Source: Chrysomallon squamiferum (lineage: Eukaryota; Animalia; Mollusca). Taken from it: a DNA stretch of 64,000 nt. Positions within the stretch are counted from its first letter, which is position 1; every line of letters starts with the position of its first letter. The DNA is taken from the NCBI GenBank assembly GCA_012295275.1, contig CM022679.1:23126001-23190000 (forward strand), given 5' to 3'. Of this stretch, positions 40,996-52,377 are shown piece after piece. The translations under genes and the position numbers were made by a program. Below the pieces are notes generated by a model. The model saw only the letters and a program-made list of their open reading frames with translations, was not told where the DNA came from and ran no database searches.

Positions 40996-41035
<40 letters not shown>

Positions 41036-41919
41036 AACATACATACATACATATATGTATACATACATATACATATACATATACAGTGGACTTCTTGGAA
41101 ACCTACCTTTTCCTAGCCCAGATTTTTGTAAAAACCAGCACCAATTCAAAGTTGTCTACTTCACATTTCTTATGTAAATTCCAGAACAAAACAACAATTT
41201 ATATAATAATTAGCATTGTCAACCATTGTTTCTGGAGTGTCATTTCTTAAACAACGACAGCAATTTTGCACACACAATAAACAATGATGTGATACTTTTT
41301 GTAATCAGTAAGGGCATCTAAATGAACAAGATTATTATTAGTGGGTGTTGATATCTAAGTGAATTCACTCATTTAGATTTAGTGTTAAAAAGCAGCAGTC
41401 TGCATAAATAAGTATGGGGCACATTTTGCATTGTCTTATTGAACACATCGTAATGGCAGAGCGATCTGAAAAACAGCAACATATCGAAATTTCTAAAGCA
41501 AGATTAATAGAAGAGTTTTCATCAAACCCAATTGTAAAGCAGAAATATATAGCTATCCAGGGCTGTGCTAGGCTAGATAAATAGAGGATGAAGTGAGGTT
41601 TTGAAAAGGTGAAATGGCACAATATGATATAACCAAGCTATTGTCACAGAACTAAAATTAAACATATATATTACATGTGTATACTGTTGTTCTGTTTGTA
41701 AAAAAAGAGGTCCTTTAACAAGACATTTTATACAGTCTCATGCTGTAAGTGATTAAAATTATTTAATAAAAGTCAATATATTTTTTCATGCTGAGGTGTC
41801 TTTAAACATTCATTCATTCATTTATTTAATAAAAGTTTTATTCTTACATTTGTTTAGATAGTCATGCAGCTTCTCCTTTCCATATCGGCCCTGAACTGAT
41901 CCAAGGATCCACGGACTGA
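30907..41919 (+). CDS. Tandem-DED / IRAK-Pelle-like protein kinase / Cys-His zinc-finger protein (13 exons, ~681 aa)
   Basis: Exons 30907-30931, 31134-31667, 32094-32279, 33288-33521, 33854-33942, 34492-34571, 35248-35412, 35780-35994, 37779-37900, 38995-39117, 39929-40013, 40687-40812, 41858-41919. All GT-AG, phases match, 2046 nt in total with no internal stop. Confidence 0.82.
31134..31667 (+). CDS. DED-kinase exon 2: tandem death effector domains
   Basis: REKLSSIATKLESEELEKLKFIFRD...AQDLFDILCKRKIIS...LVKALELI and VSEFTSQLYKFGSDMNEEDVEKLAF follow the caspase-8/c-FLIP DED1 and DED2 patterns. Confidence 0.85.
32094..32279 (+). CDS. DED-kinase exon 3 (symmetric phase-1 linker exon, possibly skippable)
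   Basis: Open frame GQNAEAAQRMPQQTDYSLPSSEAIDSNY...CKHCSQCRQHLPD; 186 nt. Confidence 0.55.
32722..32839 (+). pseudogene. Degenerate second copy of the linker exon
   Basis: ADDSNSQYSQEPVAVCIYGQHGQITELKHSQCRQHFPD with donor intact but acceptor and 5' half lost. Confidence 0.6.
33288..33521 (+). CDS. DED-kinase exon 4: linker plus kinase Gly-rich loop
   Basis: ...YFDESNKLGAGGNGTVYKG, typical IRAK/Pelle subdomain I context. Confidence 0.85.
33854..33942 (+). CDS. DED-kinase exon 5: subdomain II
   Basis: CKQYNDCDVIVKVLHSHNDKEKILESFKM (catalytic Lys in VIVK). Confidence 0.8.
34492..34571 (+). CDS. DED-kinase exon 6: subdomains III-IV
   Basis: EMISSRKKHPFLLPLLAYCDE. Confidence 0.8.
35248..35412 (+). 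CDS. DED-kinase exon 7: subdomains V-VIa
   Basis: QCILLYPYMKNKDL...RVRIMYQVSVGLKFLH. Confidence 0.88.
35780..35994 (+). CDS. DED-kinase exon 8: catalytic loop and activation segment
   Basis: IVHRDVKAANILLD...LSDPGIAR...GTPGYIDPD...DVFSLGV. Confidence 0.92.
37779..37900 (+). CDS. DED-kinase exon 9
   Basis: VMLQLLLNKPA..., continuing subdomain IX in phase. Confidence 0.8.
38995..39117 (+). CDS. DED-kinase exon 10: subdomain XI
   Basis: DWPEELLKKFVNLARQAIAVADDRITLDSLSEQL, with the conserved Arg; strong polypyrimidine acceptor. Confidence 0.82.
39929..40013 (+). CDS. DED-kinase exon 11: start of Cys-rich domain
   Basis: ELLISARAELWKCPSQLTKCVSCFGQPI, phase 0 to 1. Confidence 0.7.
40687..40812 (+). 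CDS. DED-kinase exon 12: RING-like Cys/His domain
   Basis: EKLKPHSPKCNDNCARFCMDCLSRSKENPLFCPQHGECQPSN, phase 1-1; a different frame from ORF 40423. Confidence 0.75.
40880..40977. repeat. Near-perfect ~98-bp palindrome centred on (AT)n
   Basis: GAAATTATGTTCTCAGTATATTTACTTTAAGTATCTTATT (AT)n AATAAGATACTTAAAATAAATATACTGAGAACATAATTTC. Confidence 0.9.
41858..41919 (+). CDS. DED-kinase putative terminal exon
   Basis: TTTAG acceptor, DSHAASPFHIGPELIQGSTD*; AATAAA at ~42103. Confidence 0.5.
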
Positions 41920-42609
41920 AACTCTCTGAAATGTACAGTGAAAAATGTTACTGATGAAAAAACGTTGAATATTCTTTAATTTGATTTTTATAGAATAGTT
42001 ACTTATTACCAACTTATTTTATTATTTAACCCGCAATATATATATATATATATTTTTTAATTTTTATCATTTTAGATATATATATATATATATTATTATT
42101 ATAATAAAAAAGTATTGCTAATTTATGTGGAAAAGTTACTGGTTATATGCTATGCTGATCTCTTTTATTTTTCACACTCCACAAATTTACAAATCACTTG
42201 TTTGTTACTGAGTGACCAATAAATTAATTGAAATTTAATGGGTAAATATAAAACAGCACATAATTGTGGTTAAAATTTCTAATCAAAGAATACATTTACA
42301 AACAGTTTATATATATATATATATATATTGGTTTAAAACTATATGAGATATTCGATATTGCCAAATGACTGAAACGATTCATAGTTTCACCATAGATTAT
42401 GATAAAAATATGTTACTTCTTTCATAACAATGCTAAGAGATCTTGGTTTCCTTATTTTTTCTCTTTTTTTAAAACTTTTTTCCTCTTTCTGTTTATGTAG
42501 GATTTTATAGGAAATTTATATTTTTGAAAGTTTTGTCACACAGCTACTGATAGCATTCATCAACAGAATAAGGATTGTGTCTATATGCTGTAAAATTATT
42601 ATTATTATT

Positions 42610-43594
42610 AAAAGGTAAAAAATAATTAAGACAGAGCTTTCAGAAAGTTGTATGCAAATTACTATGCATTTTTAGGAATCATTTAGAGCAAAGAACAAGA
42701 ACAAAAATTAGAAACCCCGTAACTTTGTTGCAGGTAGTTAATAAAGCTCATGACAGTCACAAAAGCAATTACTCGATCCAGAAATCCAGAAAAAGGGCTA
42801 TTTTTAAAATGGACTACTTTTAAATTAGGTGTGTTTTGTTTTAGTTTGTTTGATGCTAATTCAAGAGTGTGTGTTACTGTGTGGAGGTTATGCTCTCACA
42901 ATAAGTTATTGTTTGTTTTAGTTTTTCTTATTTATATTTATTACCATGTCTAAAACTAGTAAAAGACTAGCAGAAATGCAACTTGATAATGAAAAGTGGA
43001 TTCTTTTTATAGAGGTCTTTTAAGAAACTTATATCAATAAATATCAAACAGACCACACTTTACTTGTCATTTTAAGTAAAAATTTAGCCTGTATCTAGAA
43101 ATCTTGACCTCCTGTGATACCAAGCTTGCTGAATAAATGATTCAGAACCAGTACTTAAAGTGCTGAAGTCACTATAGAAATAGTTAGAATTTAGTGAAAA
43201 TTTATTAGCAAACTTTAATATTAAATTTTTGTGCATCAGTTCAGTATTCCTACTGTTGTGAGGTTAGATAATAAGAAACGCACGATATCCAATGATCTAC
43301 CAGGTGAACTAATACATGGGAAAATAAAATACGAATAAAAAAAATAATTGTTTTCTTATCTTGAAAATGAAAGACAATGAAAATCAGTTCTGAGAAGAAA
43401 TATGATAATAATTACTTTAAAAAAAAATTCATTAATGATTTTGTTTTGTCACCACTATTCTCTAAGTTGTGAAAAAAAAAAAAAGTCAAATTCCATTGTT
43501 ACTTTTGTCTCGTGATGTCACTGTCCAGAAATTAAAAGTGTTGAAGACAAGTTTGGATGAATATTTAAATTTGTTTCATTTTTTTGATTTATTG

Positions 43595-43639
<45 letters not shown>

Positions 43640-44260
43640 TCTTTTTAAGTATTACAATTTTTATGTTTTTGGGGGGTTAGTACATAATGGTGAAACTTCT
43701 AATATATTTTCAGAATCTTTTGTATACTATTTTCTTGTTGTTCCCAGCACTATCACAGTTTTCATCATTTGCGTGTACCTAAACTGATTTGTCTTAAATG
43801 TTTCCCACATAACTAATGTAAGTACAGGATTTGAAATTAACAGGCACAATTAGGTAATGAATGTTTCTTTGCACTGGAAATGCACCTGTATTAATTACTA
43901 TCTTTGAGCTCATAAATAGTTCTTCTTTACGTTTACCCAAAAATTAATAAGAAGAATTTTAGCCTTAAATGCTAAACTAGTAACAAATTACGTAAAAACA
44001 AGATGATTTATTTGTCTGTTCAATTTTATTTAAATAAGACCCAATATTAAAACTACACAAAATACATTATAATCACAACTGTCAATATTCTTTACATCTA
44101 CTTTGAACAGCTAATGATGAAAATACTGAACAGTCACATATAATTATTTAAACCTAAATGTAATCAATAGCTGATGTACATAAAGTTGTTATTCTGACAA
44201 AATGTTAATAAAATTGAAACTGTCACTCATTAGTAATCCAAAATCATTTCCTGATCATAA
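42610..44260 (+). repeat. Diverged duplicate of the 5' region (~27750-29640) of the DED-kinase gene
   Basis: Shared blocks such as GTCACAAAAGCA(A/G)TTACTCGATCCAGAA and GCTTGCTGAATAAATGATTCAGAACCAGTA. Confidence 0.8.
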
Positions 44261-46159
44261 TGTGTGATCAATAGCAGCTATTGTAAATGTTATGTAGCTT
44301 CCTGGCACAACGCAGCTGCAATCCATCTATAACTCTGTCTCATCTCAGCTTCTAAACTATTTTTGACACGCATTTTATCATCTGCTTTCAAGAAAATGTC
44401 CCAAAATTCGAAAATAAAGTCTGTTTTATCCCCTTGGTCAAGTTGTTCATTTGTGATATCTGTTTAAGAAAAATCTGTTTTTTTAATGACAACAGAAACA
44501 AATCGTAATTCTGATACTAATGAACTATGCTGAATCTCTTCAAGAGTGACAGCTTGCAGTTCACATGAAAGAGATTGTGCGGAACAAAATGAAATCAAAA
44601 TAATGTAAGAATAATAAGTAAAAAATAATTATAAGCAAACACTCAGATGATAATAAACTATTGAAATATTTTACATCATCTTAATTCTGATTTGGGGAAA
44701 ATTTTGAATGCTGTAATTACCTGTAAAAACACACATCGTTGAGCAAATATCCATATCTAGATAAAACCCACTGTTGGAGCTCAGTTTGATGTTGGAGATT
44801 GTGAATTATTACATACACCAAAACTCAGCACTGGACCAGAAATACTCCACTTCTTGTCGACTTGTCTTAGAGAGTAACAGAAAGTATTTAGAGGTGGTTG
44901 GAATGCCAGTTTACATCATCCCTATTCTGAATTACTTTCTTTTATTTTCAGTGCTTGGAGGTTGATAATAGATCAAGAATTCTATGAAGATGTTGGTGGA
45001 TTAAAATATTTGCCTATCTCTGATTTATAAAGCCTTGATATTTAATACCGGTACATATAAGAAGATAAGACGCTGGTTTCTCTTTGAAGTAAAACTATAT
45101 AAATTGACTTAGAGAAAAACATTAATTCACATTTGTATATACCAGAGGTTTTCAAACTTTTTCTAACTCTGTGTCCCTATGAGAAAATATTTCATGGGTA
45201 AGCTGCTACCGTATGTTCAGTTACTATGTGAGCAAAGTGCCCAGTGCTTTGACTGGATAAAATATAATGAAAAATTATTATTTAAGAAAAAAGAAAATAA
45301 TCATTATAACCACAAGTAATGATAGAACTGGCTAAGGTTTCGTCAACAGAAAGTTTGCACTATAGCTTCAGTTGATAAGCATGTAATCGTGTCGCTGTAA
45401 AGATTATATATAAAACTACAGTAACAGAATGTAATACTGACCCTTATTGGCCACGTATTTCTCCTCATTTTGTGGCATTGGAGCTAACAGAAGACAAGAG
45501 ACACACGCACACACTGGAAGTATATATATATTGCGCTGAATTTACTGTCGAAAAAAACAGGTTTAGTATTGAAGGTTATAAGTTTATAATTTTATTTTAA
45601 TTAATTGATTGTGTTTATTTTAAAGTATGTTAATATTTATTTAGCTGTTTCTATTTTAAGGTGGTATGTTAATGCATATTTTATAACTTTGTTTTACTAT
45701 TCCAGGTATTAGTGTCTTTTTTTCTTCCTGGTTTTGTTTTTCCTTTTTTTGTCTCTTAATACTGTATCTTAAATACTTTGATATTTATGAGTGTAACTAT
45801 TTTAATATAGCACTTTTTATGGTGAAATAAAGTAATTATATAAGAAAATATATTTGTTTTTATGTAAAATGGTCGATGGTATTTACTATATCTTGTGTGT
45901 CCATACCCCACAAAGAATGACTGAATAAAAAGCAGTCGCAAATGGTTCATTGTTAGTATCATATACTGCATCGAAACAATTATAAACTATAATTTAGACA
46001 TTTTGATTAAGTTTCCGCTAAGAATCTGATGCCTCAAAAATTATCACTATATAACGGGATCTGTGGTAAAAAGATTATTTTAAAAACAGTAATATAATTT
46101 TAATTTCTTTTCTTTTCCATTTTATTTTTTATTTATTTTATATTATTTATTGTTATTGA

Positions 46160-46195
<36 letters not shown>

Positions 46196-46659
46196 GCTTT
46201 ATTTATTTATTTTTTGTTCTTAAATACAGGGAAAAAGAAAACAAATCTAGTAGATTGGTTTCTCATAGTTATTTCATTTTTATCAGTAACCAGTTAATAT
46301 ATTGTAGTTGTGTCCCCTGTTAACTTTCAAGATACAGACATTTTACTGGCACGGAAGAGAAGTTTTAGTAAGTCATAGTTTCTTGTTTTAGTTAACAAAT
46401 ATTTACACGACCGGTTGACGGACCTTTAATTTAATTTAGTACTGTCCGCTATGGAGTTTGATGTGGTTTGACGTAAAAGATAAGAAATAAAACATCCCAA
46501 AAAAGGTTTCGTCGTTCTCAGCAATTTCTACTCAATAACAGACATCTATGTATATGAGGCATTGAATATAATTATCTATGACATATTTCCCCAAATTACC
46601 TTAAATAATCCATGTAGAATTGATTTAATTATGAAGGAATAGATGTTTAAAAGTTCGTA

Positions 46660-46781
46660 AACACTGATCGGCGTTCGACGTTGCCATCTCGGATTTCCAT
46701 CGGAAGTTTCCGTGACCGCTCGGAAACTGTGTGATGGGGTTCAACTGTTTTCTGAACTGTTTATGATTTATACTGATAAAG
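46660..46781 (+). promoter_or_regulatory. CpG-rich patch with kappaB/Ets-like sites ending in a splice donor; candidate promoter/first exon of the downstream paralog
   Basis: GGATTTCC (46691), CGGAAGTTTCC (46701), donor AAG|GTAAGG at 46782; downstream DNA is homologous to the 5' region of the DED-kinase gene. Confidence 0.3.
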
Positions 46782-47368
46782 GTAAGGATGGTTGTTCATA
46801 TTACCAAACCATGATGTTCTGCGCCTTTCCTAACTTCTTTTTCAACTTGATCAAACTTTTTAAACTGGATATTTTTGTGCAAATGCGGTCATAATAAACT
46901 AAAATTATGATTTGTTATAAGAGTAATCAATTTAATGTATTAACTTCTGTAGCTGGCAATGTTCCCAGTGTCAGAACCCAACAGAAATGAACGTTGAGGT
47001 GAAGTTTGTACCCATTGAATTGGCGAAATTCTGGAGGACTTTCCTCCATTGATATAATTTGTGTCATTACACGTTATGGACCTGTTGGTCCATGCTAATG
47101 ATTGACCTTTTTAGATTTTTATTTCCTTGAACAAGTTGAAGGGTATTAATATTCGAGTTTTTGTTTCGTTAGTATTTTTATATATTTTCCAAACAGTAAA
47201 TATCATGATACATAAAATTATTCAGCTTCATCTTCCTTTTCATTTCTTGACACGTGAATTGTGATATTCATAAACAACAGAGAATCAACAGGCAAATTTT
47301 GCATTTCAAAATGATCGTAATCAGGTATAAGCAGACAGACACATTTTGCACCAATTGCCTGTTCCACT

Positions 47369-47902
47369 GGGGTACAGAAAAAATGGCACCTTATTTATTT
47401 TTTCTGTAGTTGCTTTGATAAAAAATACTTTTGAAAATACTGATTATTCATGCAATATTGCTACATACATGTATATTAATATATAGCATCACTCAGCCAC
47501 TTGGTTTTATTTAATAAAATATAGTATTATATCAGAGTTTAATATTACACATATACATATACACACACATAATAAATAAGGTGCCATTTTTCCCTGGGTG
47601 CCATTATTACACGCATATACAGATGCTCTAGTACGTTCGAACATACAGATACAGATGTATGTAATTTAAATACACATAGCACAGTTAAATATCCTCCAGA
47701 ATGATATCATTCAGTCAGTTCAAACGTGTGTGTTTGTATATACACACAGACACATGCACACATATCTTTGAACTCACATAATATCATTCTGGAGGATATT
47801 TTAACTATGGTCTGCATATTTACATTAGGTACATGTGTATGAATGTTTATGTATGAACGTACATCTATGTACGCATGCAAACATATATATATGTGTGCGT
47901 GC

Positions 47903-47953
<51 letters not shown>

Positions 47954-48233
47954 CATGTGTGTGTGTATGTGTAATATTAAATTCTGCTATAATATTGTAC
48001 TTTGTTAAGCAAAACCAAGTGACTGAGTGATGCTATATATTAAAATACATGTATGTAACAACATTGCATGAATAAACTTTATTTTCCAAAGTACTTTTAA
48101 GATTTTTTTTAAAGCAACCATACAGAAAAAATAAATAAGGTGCCATTTTTTCTAAATGTGTACAGAGCCATTTCTTCCAGGTGACATTTTTTCCGATTGC
48201 CATTATTTCTGGTGCCATTTTGTTCCTATAACC
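47369..48233. mobile_element. Foldback/MULE-like non-autonomous element
   Basis: ~200-bp inverted arms (47378-47570 vs 47955-48152), an internal inverted pair (47660-47725 vs 47765-47830) and GCCATTTTTTCC subterminal repeats. The empty site is visible in the paralogous sequence at ~26680-26700. Confidence 0.75.
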
Positions 48234-49593
48234 GCTCGCTGAACAATATCTCGCTTGACGATGTGCACCATTTGCTTGCATTTCTCTAGCTTATGTTATG
48301 TTATTTCTGGGATGTTCAGCATAAAAACACAAACAGGAAATCCGAAAGCATTCTTGATTTTGAATATTTTGATTCAGTGGTATATCTCAGTTTCTGAATC
48401 TACACTGATTTTTTTAAAGTTTTTATCTAACCATATCCTAACAGGGCCTTGATCAAGCTGTGGAAAATTTTCTCAGTGATATTTAGATGTACTGTTTTTG
48501 TTTAAGTTAGAAAATTGGTCCTAACTTCCTAATTAAACCATGGGCCACAGTTTAGGTTATACCTACGTATAAATTTGCTGGTAGCTATTTTGTTACTTAT
48601 TATAATATTTTATACTGTTGTGCTATTAAGGTACAGTCTTTGAAAATGTCAGTAACATATTTACTATTTCCCTAAATAGCTTACTTTAATACAGTCTAAC
48701 ATCTTGTAATTAACTTGTATGTATCATTAAAGTAACTAAATATGTTACCCATTCATTTCTACAAATATTCCTAACAGTATGTATTAATTAAATATGTACT
48801 GTTAGTTAACTGGAATCCAATTACTGAAATCACATAGAAATTAACAGTCATTAGCTAGAGACAAAGGGAATTTTTGTCAGTTACGCTCTGCTGACTTCAT
48901 GGAAGTTCGTGACATATTTGTTTAAGTAAAAGGCAGGAGAGACCACGTGACAGACACACCCTCTGGCCTGTCGTAGACGTGCTTCACAGCCATTATTAGG
49001 CAATTTTGTTCGTAACTATATTTTGCGTTATCCTTGTTTAAGTCAGAAGCAGGGACAAATGGTGTCCAGTTTATGTATACTCTGTCTGATTTGTTGATCA
49101 ATTTGATGTAACCTGTATATGCTCCATAGAGAGTTTGATTTTATATATTTCTAACGTAAGCCGTTAGGGAAAATTAAAAGAACTAAGAATTATAGTACTT
49201 CATTCAACGCAACTCCCACTGAATAATAAGTATACATATGTAAAATAAATAATTATCTTTGAAATAGAAATATTGTTCTTTGTTTTGTGTTCGTAGTGGA
49301 TACTTGATATTATATACAGTTTATACCTGTAGTATATGCAAAATATGTATCTGTTATAATCAACCATCACAGTTTCTTAATTACACGGGCAGTGTGTCCA
49401 TCAAAAGGTGCAGTCCCTAGACAAAAAATGAACCATAATTTAATAGGGTCATTAGCCCTTGAAAGCTAACACTCATTAACAATATTGAAATGAAGCTTTT
49501 TATGAGTTCTAAATCTGTACTGTATTTTTAAGCAAGTTGCTAATACTCATGAATTTTAATTAATTAATTAATCGAACTAATTAATTAATTGAA

Positions 49594-49626
<33 letters not shown>

Positions 49627-52377
49627 AAGGATATGCCCAACATTTTTCCAGTGATTGATGACTTTGCTGAGATTTTCAGAAATATGTTTTCATAAAATAT
49701 TGGATAAACTTCCCCTTGGTCAATATTAAAAATCGAAACTGAGATTGTAGAAGATATGTATACATCATCAAACTAAATTTGTTTAGAAAGATTTTTCTAA
49801 AGGACCAACAGTTCACACTTTGCTGATTCTATGCAAGAATCGCACAGAAATCTCACGAGAGTGAAATAGGTTATTTGCACATATCTTCAAGTCAGCCAGT
49901 AGAGGTATTTCACAAACATATTGCGCATGCGCACAAACAGTAATGTTCCTTGACAAAATAGACTGAAAGTAGTCTATTTACAAATTGAGTGGTGTCACAG
50001 ATATGTTGTTATGGGCAATTTGAGTAGCTTTGTAGGAGACTTTAAACTTTGGCAACTAACATGTACATATTTCGAATTAGATGGCATAATGGCCGTAAAA
50101 AACAGTCCACTGAAATTACAGCAGAATGGTTCAAATTAAAAACTTGGACAAAGTCTCTACGACTCGTACACCAGAGCATTTTGTTAATGCCAGATTAACA
50201 GACTATTTTGTAAAAAGTACAAATACATATAATTTGTTTACTGGAAACACATGCTTGCACAAATATTGTAAATACCCCCATGTCAAAATCAGGGCTTATG
50301 TGAGCATCTCAGTATATGTGTGTGTGTGCATTATAATTGAAAACCACCTCTCAAAACAACTCAGTTCCAGATCAAGCTGTCTCAAAACCACCCATTCCCA
50401 AAGACACACTAAACATTGGCAATGACTTGTTTGTTCAGCAAGTCTTTGTAATGGTACCATTTACAGAGTATTTACACCTTTGTTGCAGATACACGTATAG
50501 CTGAACACTGATAATGTGGCCACATGCGATGTTTAACAAACACAACATACAGTAACATGGTTAATTAAATCTTTTGTTTATGAAGAAAATGTAAGCAACT
50601 TATTTCCTTATAGGTTAAAACCAGTTATTTGTTATTTCAGTTATTGTTAGGTGTAATTAGTAAAATATGCACAAGTATATATACTTTATACTTAAAAAAA
50701 ACTATAAATAAACCATTTATTTAGGGGAAACAGATAATTGGTATACTGAAGATTGTAATTGTACCTTTACTCGTATACTCGCACAAACACCTACACACTT
50801 GTACAACCCCTACTAAGTATTTGTGACTCCAAGCAACAAACAGCTCAACTAGTTGAGGTAGACTGAATAATTAAGAAAATAATTGAAACTGTTGTTCTGA
50901 ATAATGTTAAGATTTGTTTTTGTTCTATGTTGTGACAATTTCCCATCTCAAATATATCCACACGTTTCTTGCTCTGGCTTCCCACCTAAAAATCTGAACT
51001 ATGTTTGCATTTAAAATTTTTCATTTCTGTTTTTTCCAGTTGCACTGGCTGGTGTTGGAAGGATAATGACAATTTCCTGAACAATGGTCATGGTGACAAT
51101 TTCCCATTACAGCATGATTGCTTTTGCCCACCAATCTGCAAGTAGGGCTATTTTGGTTATATTTTGGTGATTTGCGTCCTCGAATTACCCAAGCAACAGG
51201 CACATGTTCAGTGGAATGTGAAATACCTCTATTGTTATCTTGACTGTTTGAAAAATTCTCACCAATTTACTGCAGACTAGACCTTCTGCTTAATGATGTA
51301 TGTTGACCTATTCTTCTTTATTTACTTATATCTTACATAAAAATGATGGAAAAAGATGTCTGGTATTTTTCATCATAATTGTCTAGAGTCTTGGATAATT
51401 TGCTATTTCAAAATGATAATGCTGCCTCTTTACAAATCAAACAAGCACATGCTGTTGTATTCTGAGTTGATTTAAGTTTTGCAATTCATTCAACTAAATT
51501 TTGCATTCCTTTTCATATCACTGCTTGTTTCAGGTTTTGCTGGTTTTTGTTTTTTCTTCTTCTTCATTAAATTTTTTGGTTTTGCCCTGAAAAAAGCTTA
51601 AATGTAGCAGTTATCATTCCCAAATCTCTATTGTCTTAAATAATGTTCAACTGTAAATAAGCACCTGTTATGGGATTTGAAATTCCTTTACTTCCTTAAT
51701 ATTCAACATATTCACTTGATGTAATTTTAAAGGGTTTCCAAGATCTTTTCAAATATGTTATTTGTTTTCAGATATCTGGGGTTTGAAATTTTTGTCCACA
51801 TAATCCGGCAGCGGTCTTGTAATTCATTGTGACTAAGCAAAGTTTATTCAAGACTTCAAATCATATATAAATTATAGATTATGTCTTTCTCTCACAGTCT
51901 GTCGAATTCCATACAAATACATCAGACACTAGTACTGAGATACTTGAAGTATGAATATATGTGATGACTTCTATAATGCTTTTGTAATCCTTCCGAAATT
52001 TAACACTTAAAAATATAATTTTTAAATTACATATCCTCAAATATTGCCTACCAATGAAATTTCTAATGTTGCATGATTTTGTCTTGACACCACTATTTTC
52101 CAAGTTGTGAAAATAAAGTTCAAATTCCATTGTTGATTTTGTCACTTGATGTCAGTGTCCATTTTACTTTAGGAAGAAATTCAAACTGTGAACATCAGTT
52201 TTATTTATTTATTTATTTATTTTTAAATATTACTTTTTTATTTTTTTATTCTAAATAATTTATTAATTTTTTTATTTTTTTTTGTTATATACAGAATTGT
52301 GAATTTGCTGATATCTTTGTTGAATCTTTTGTATAATATTTTCTTCTCGATCCCACACTCTTGTAGCTTTCCTCATT

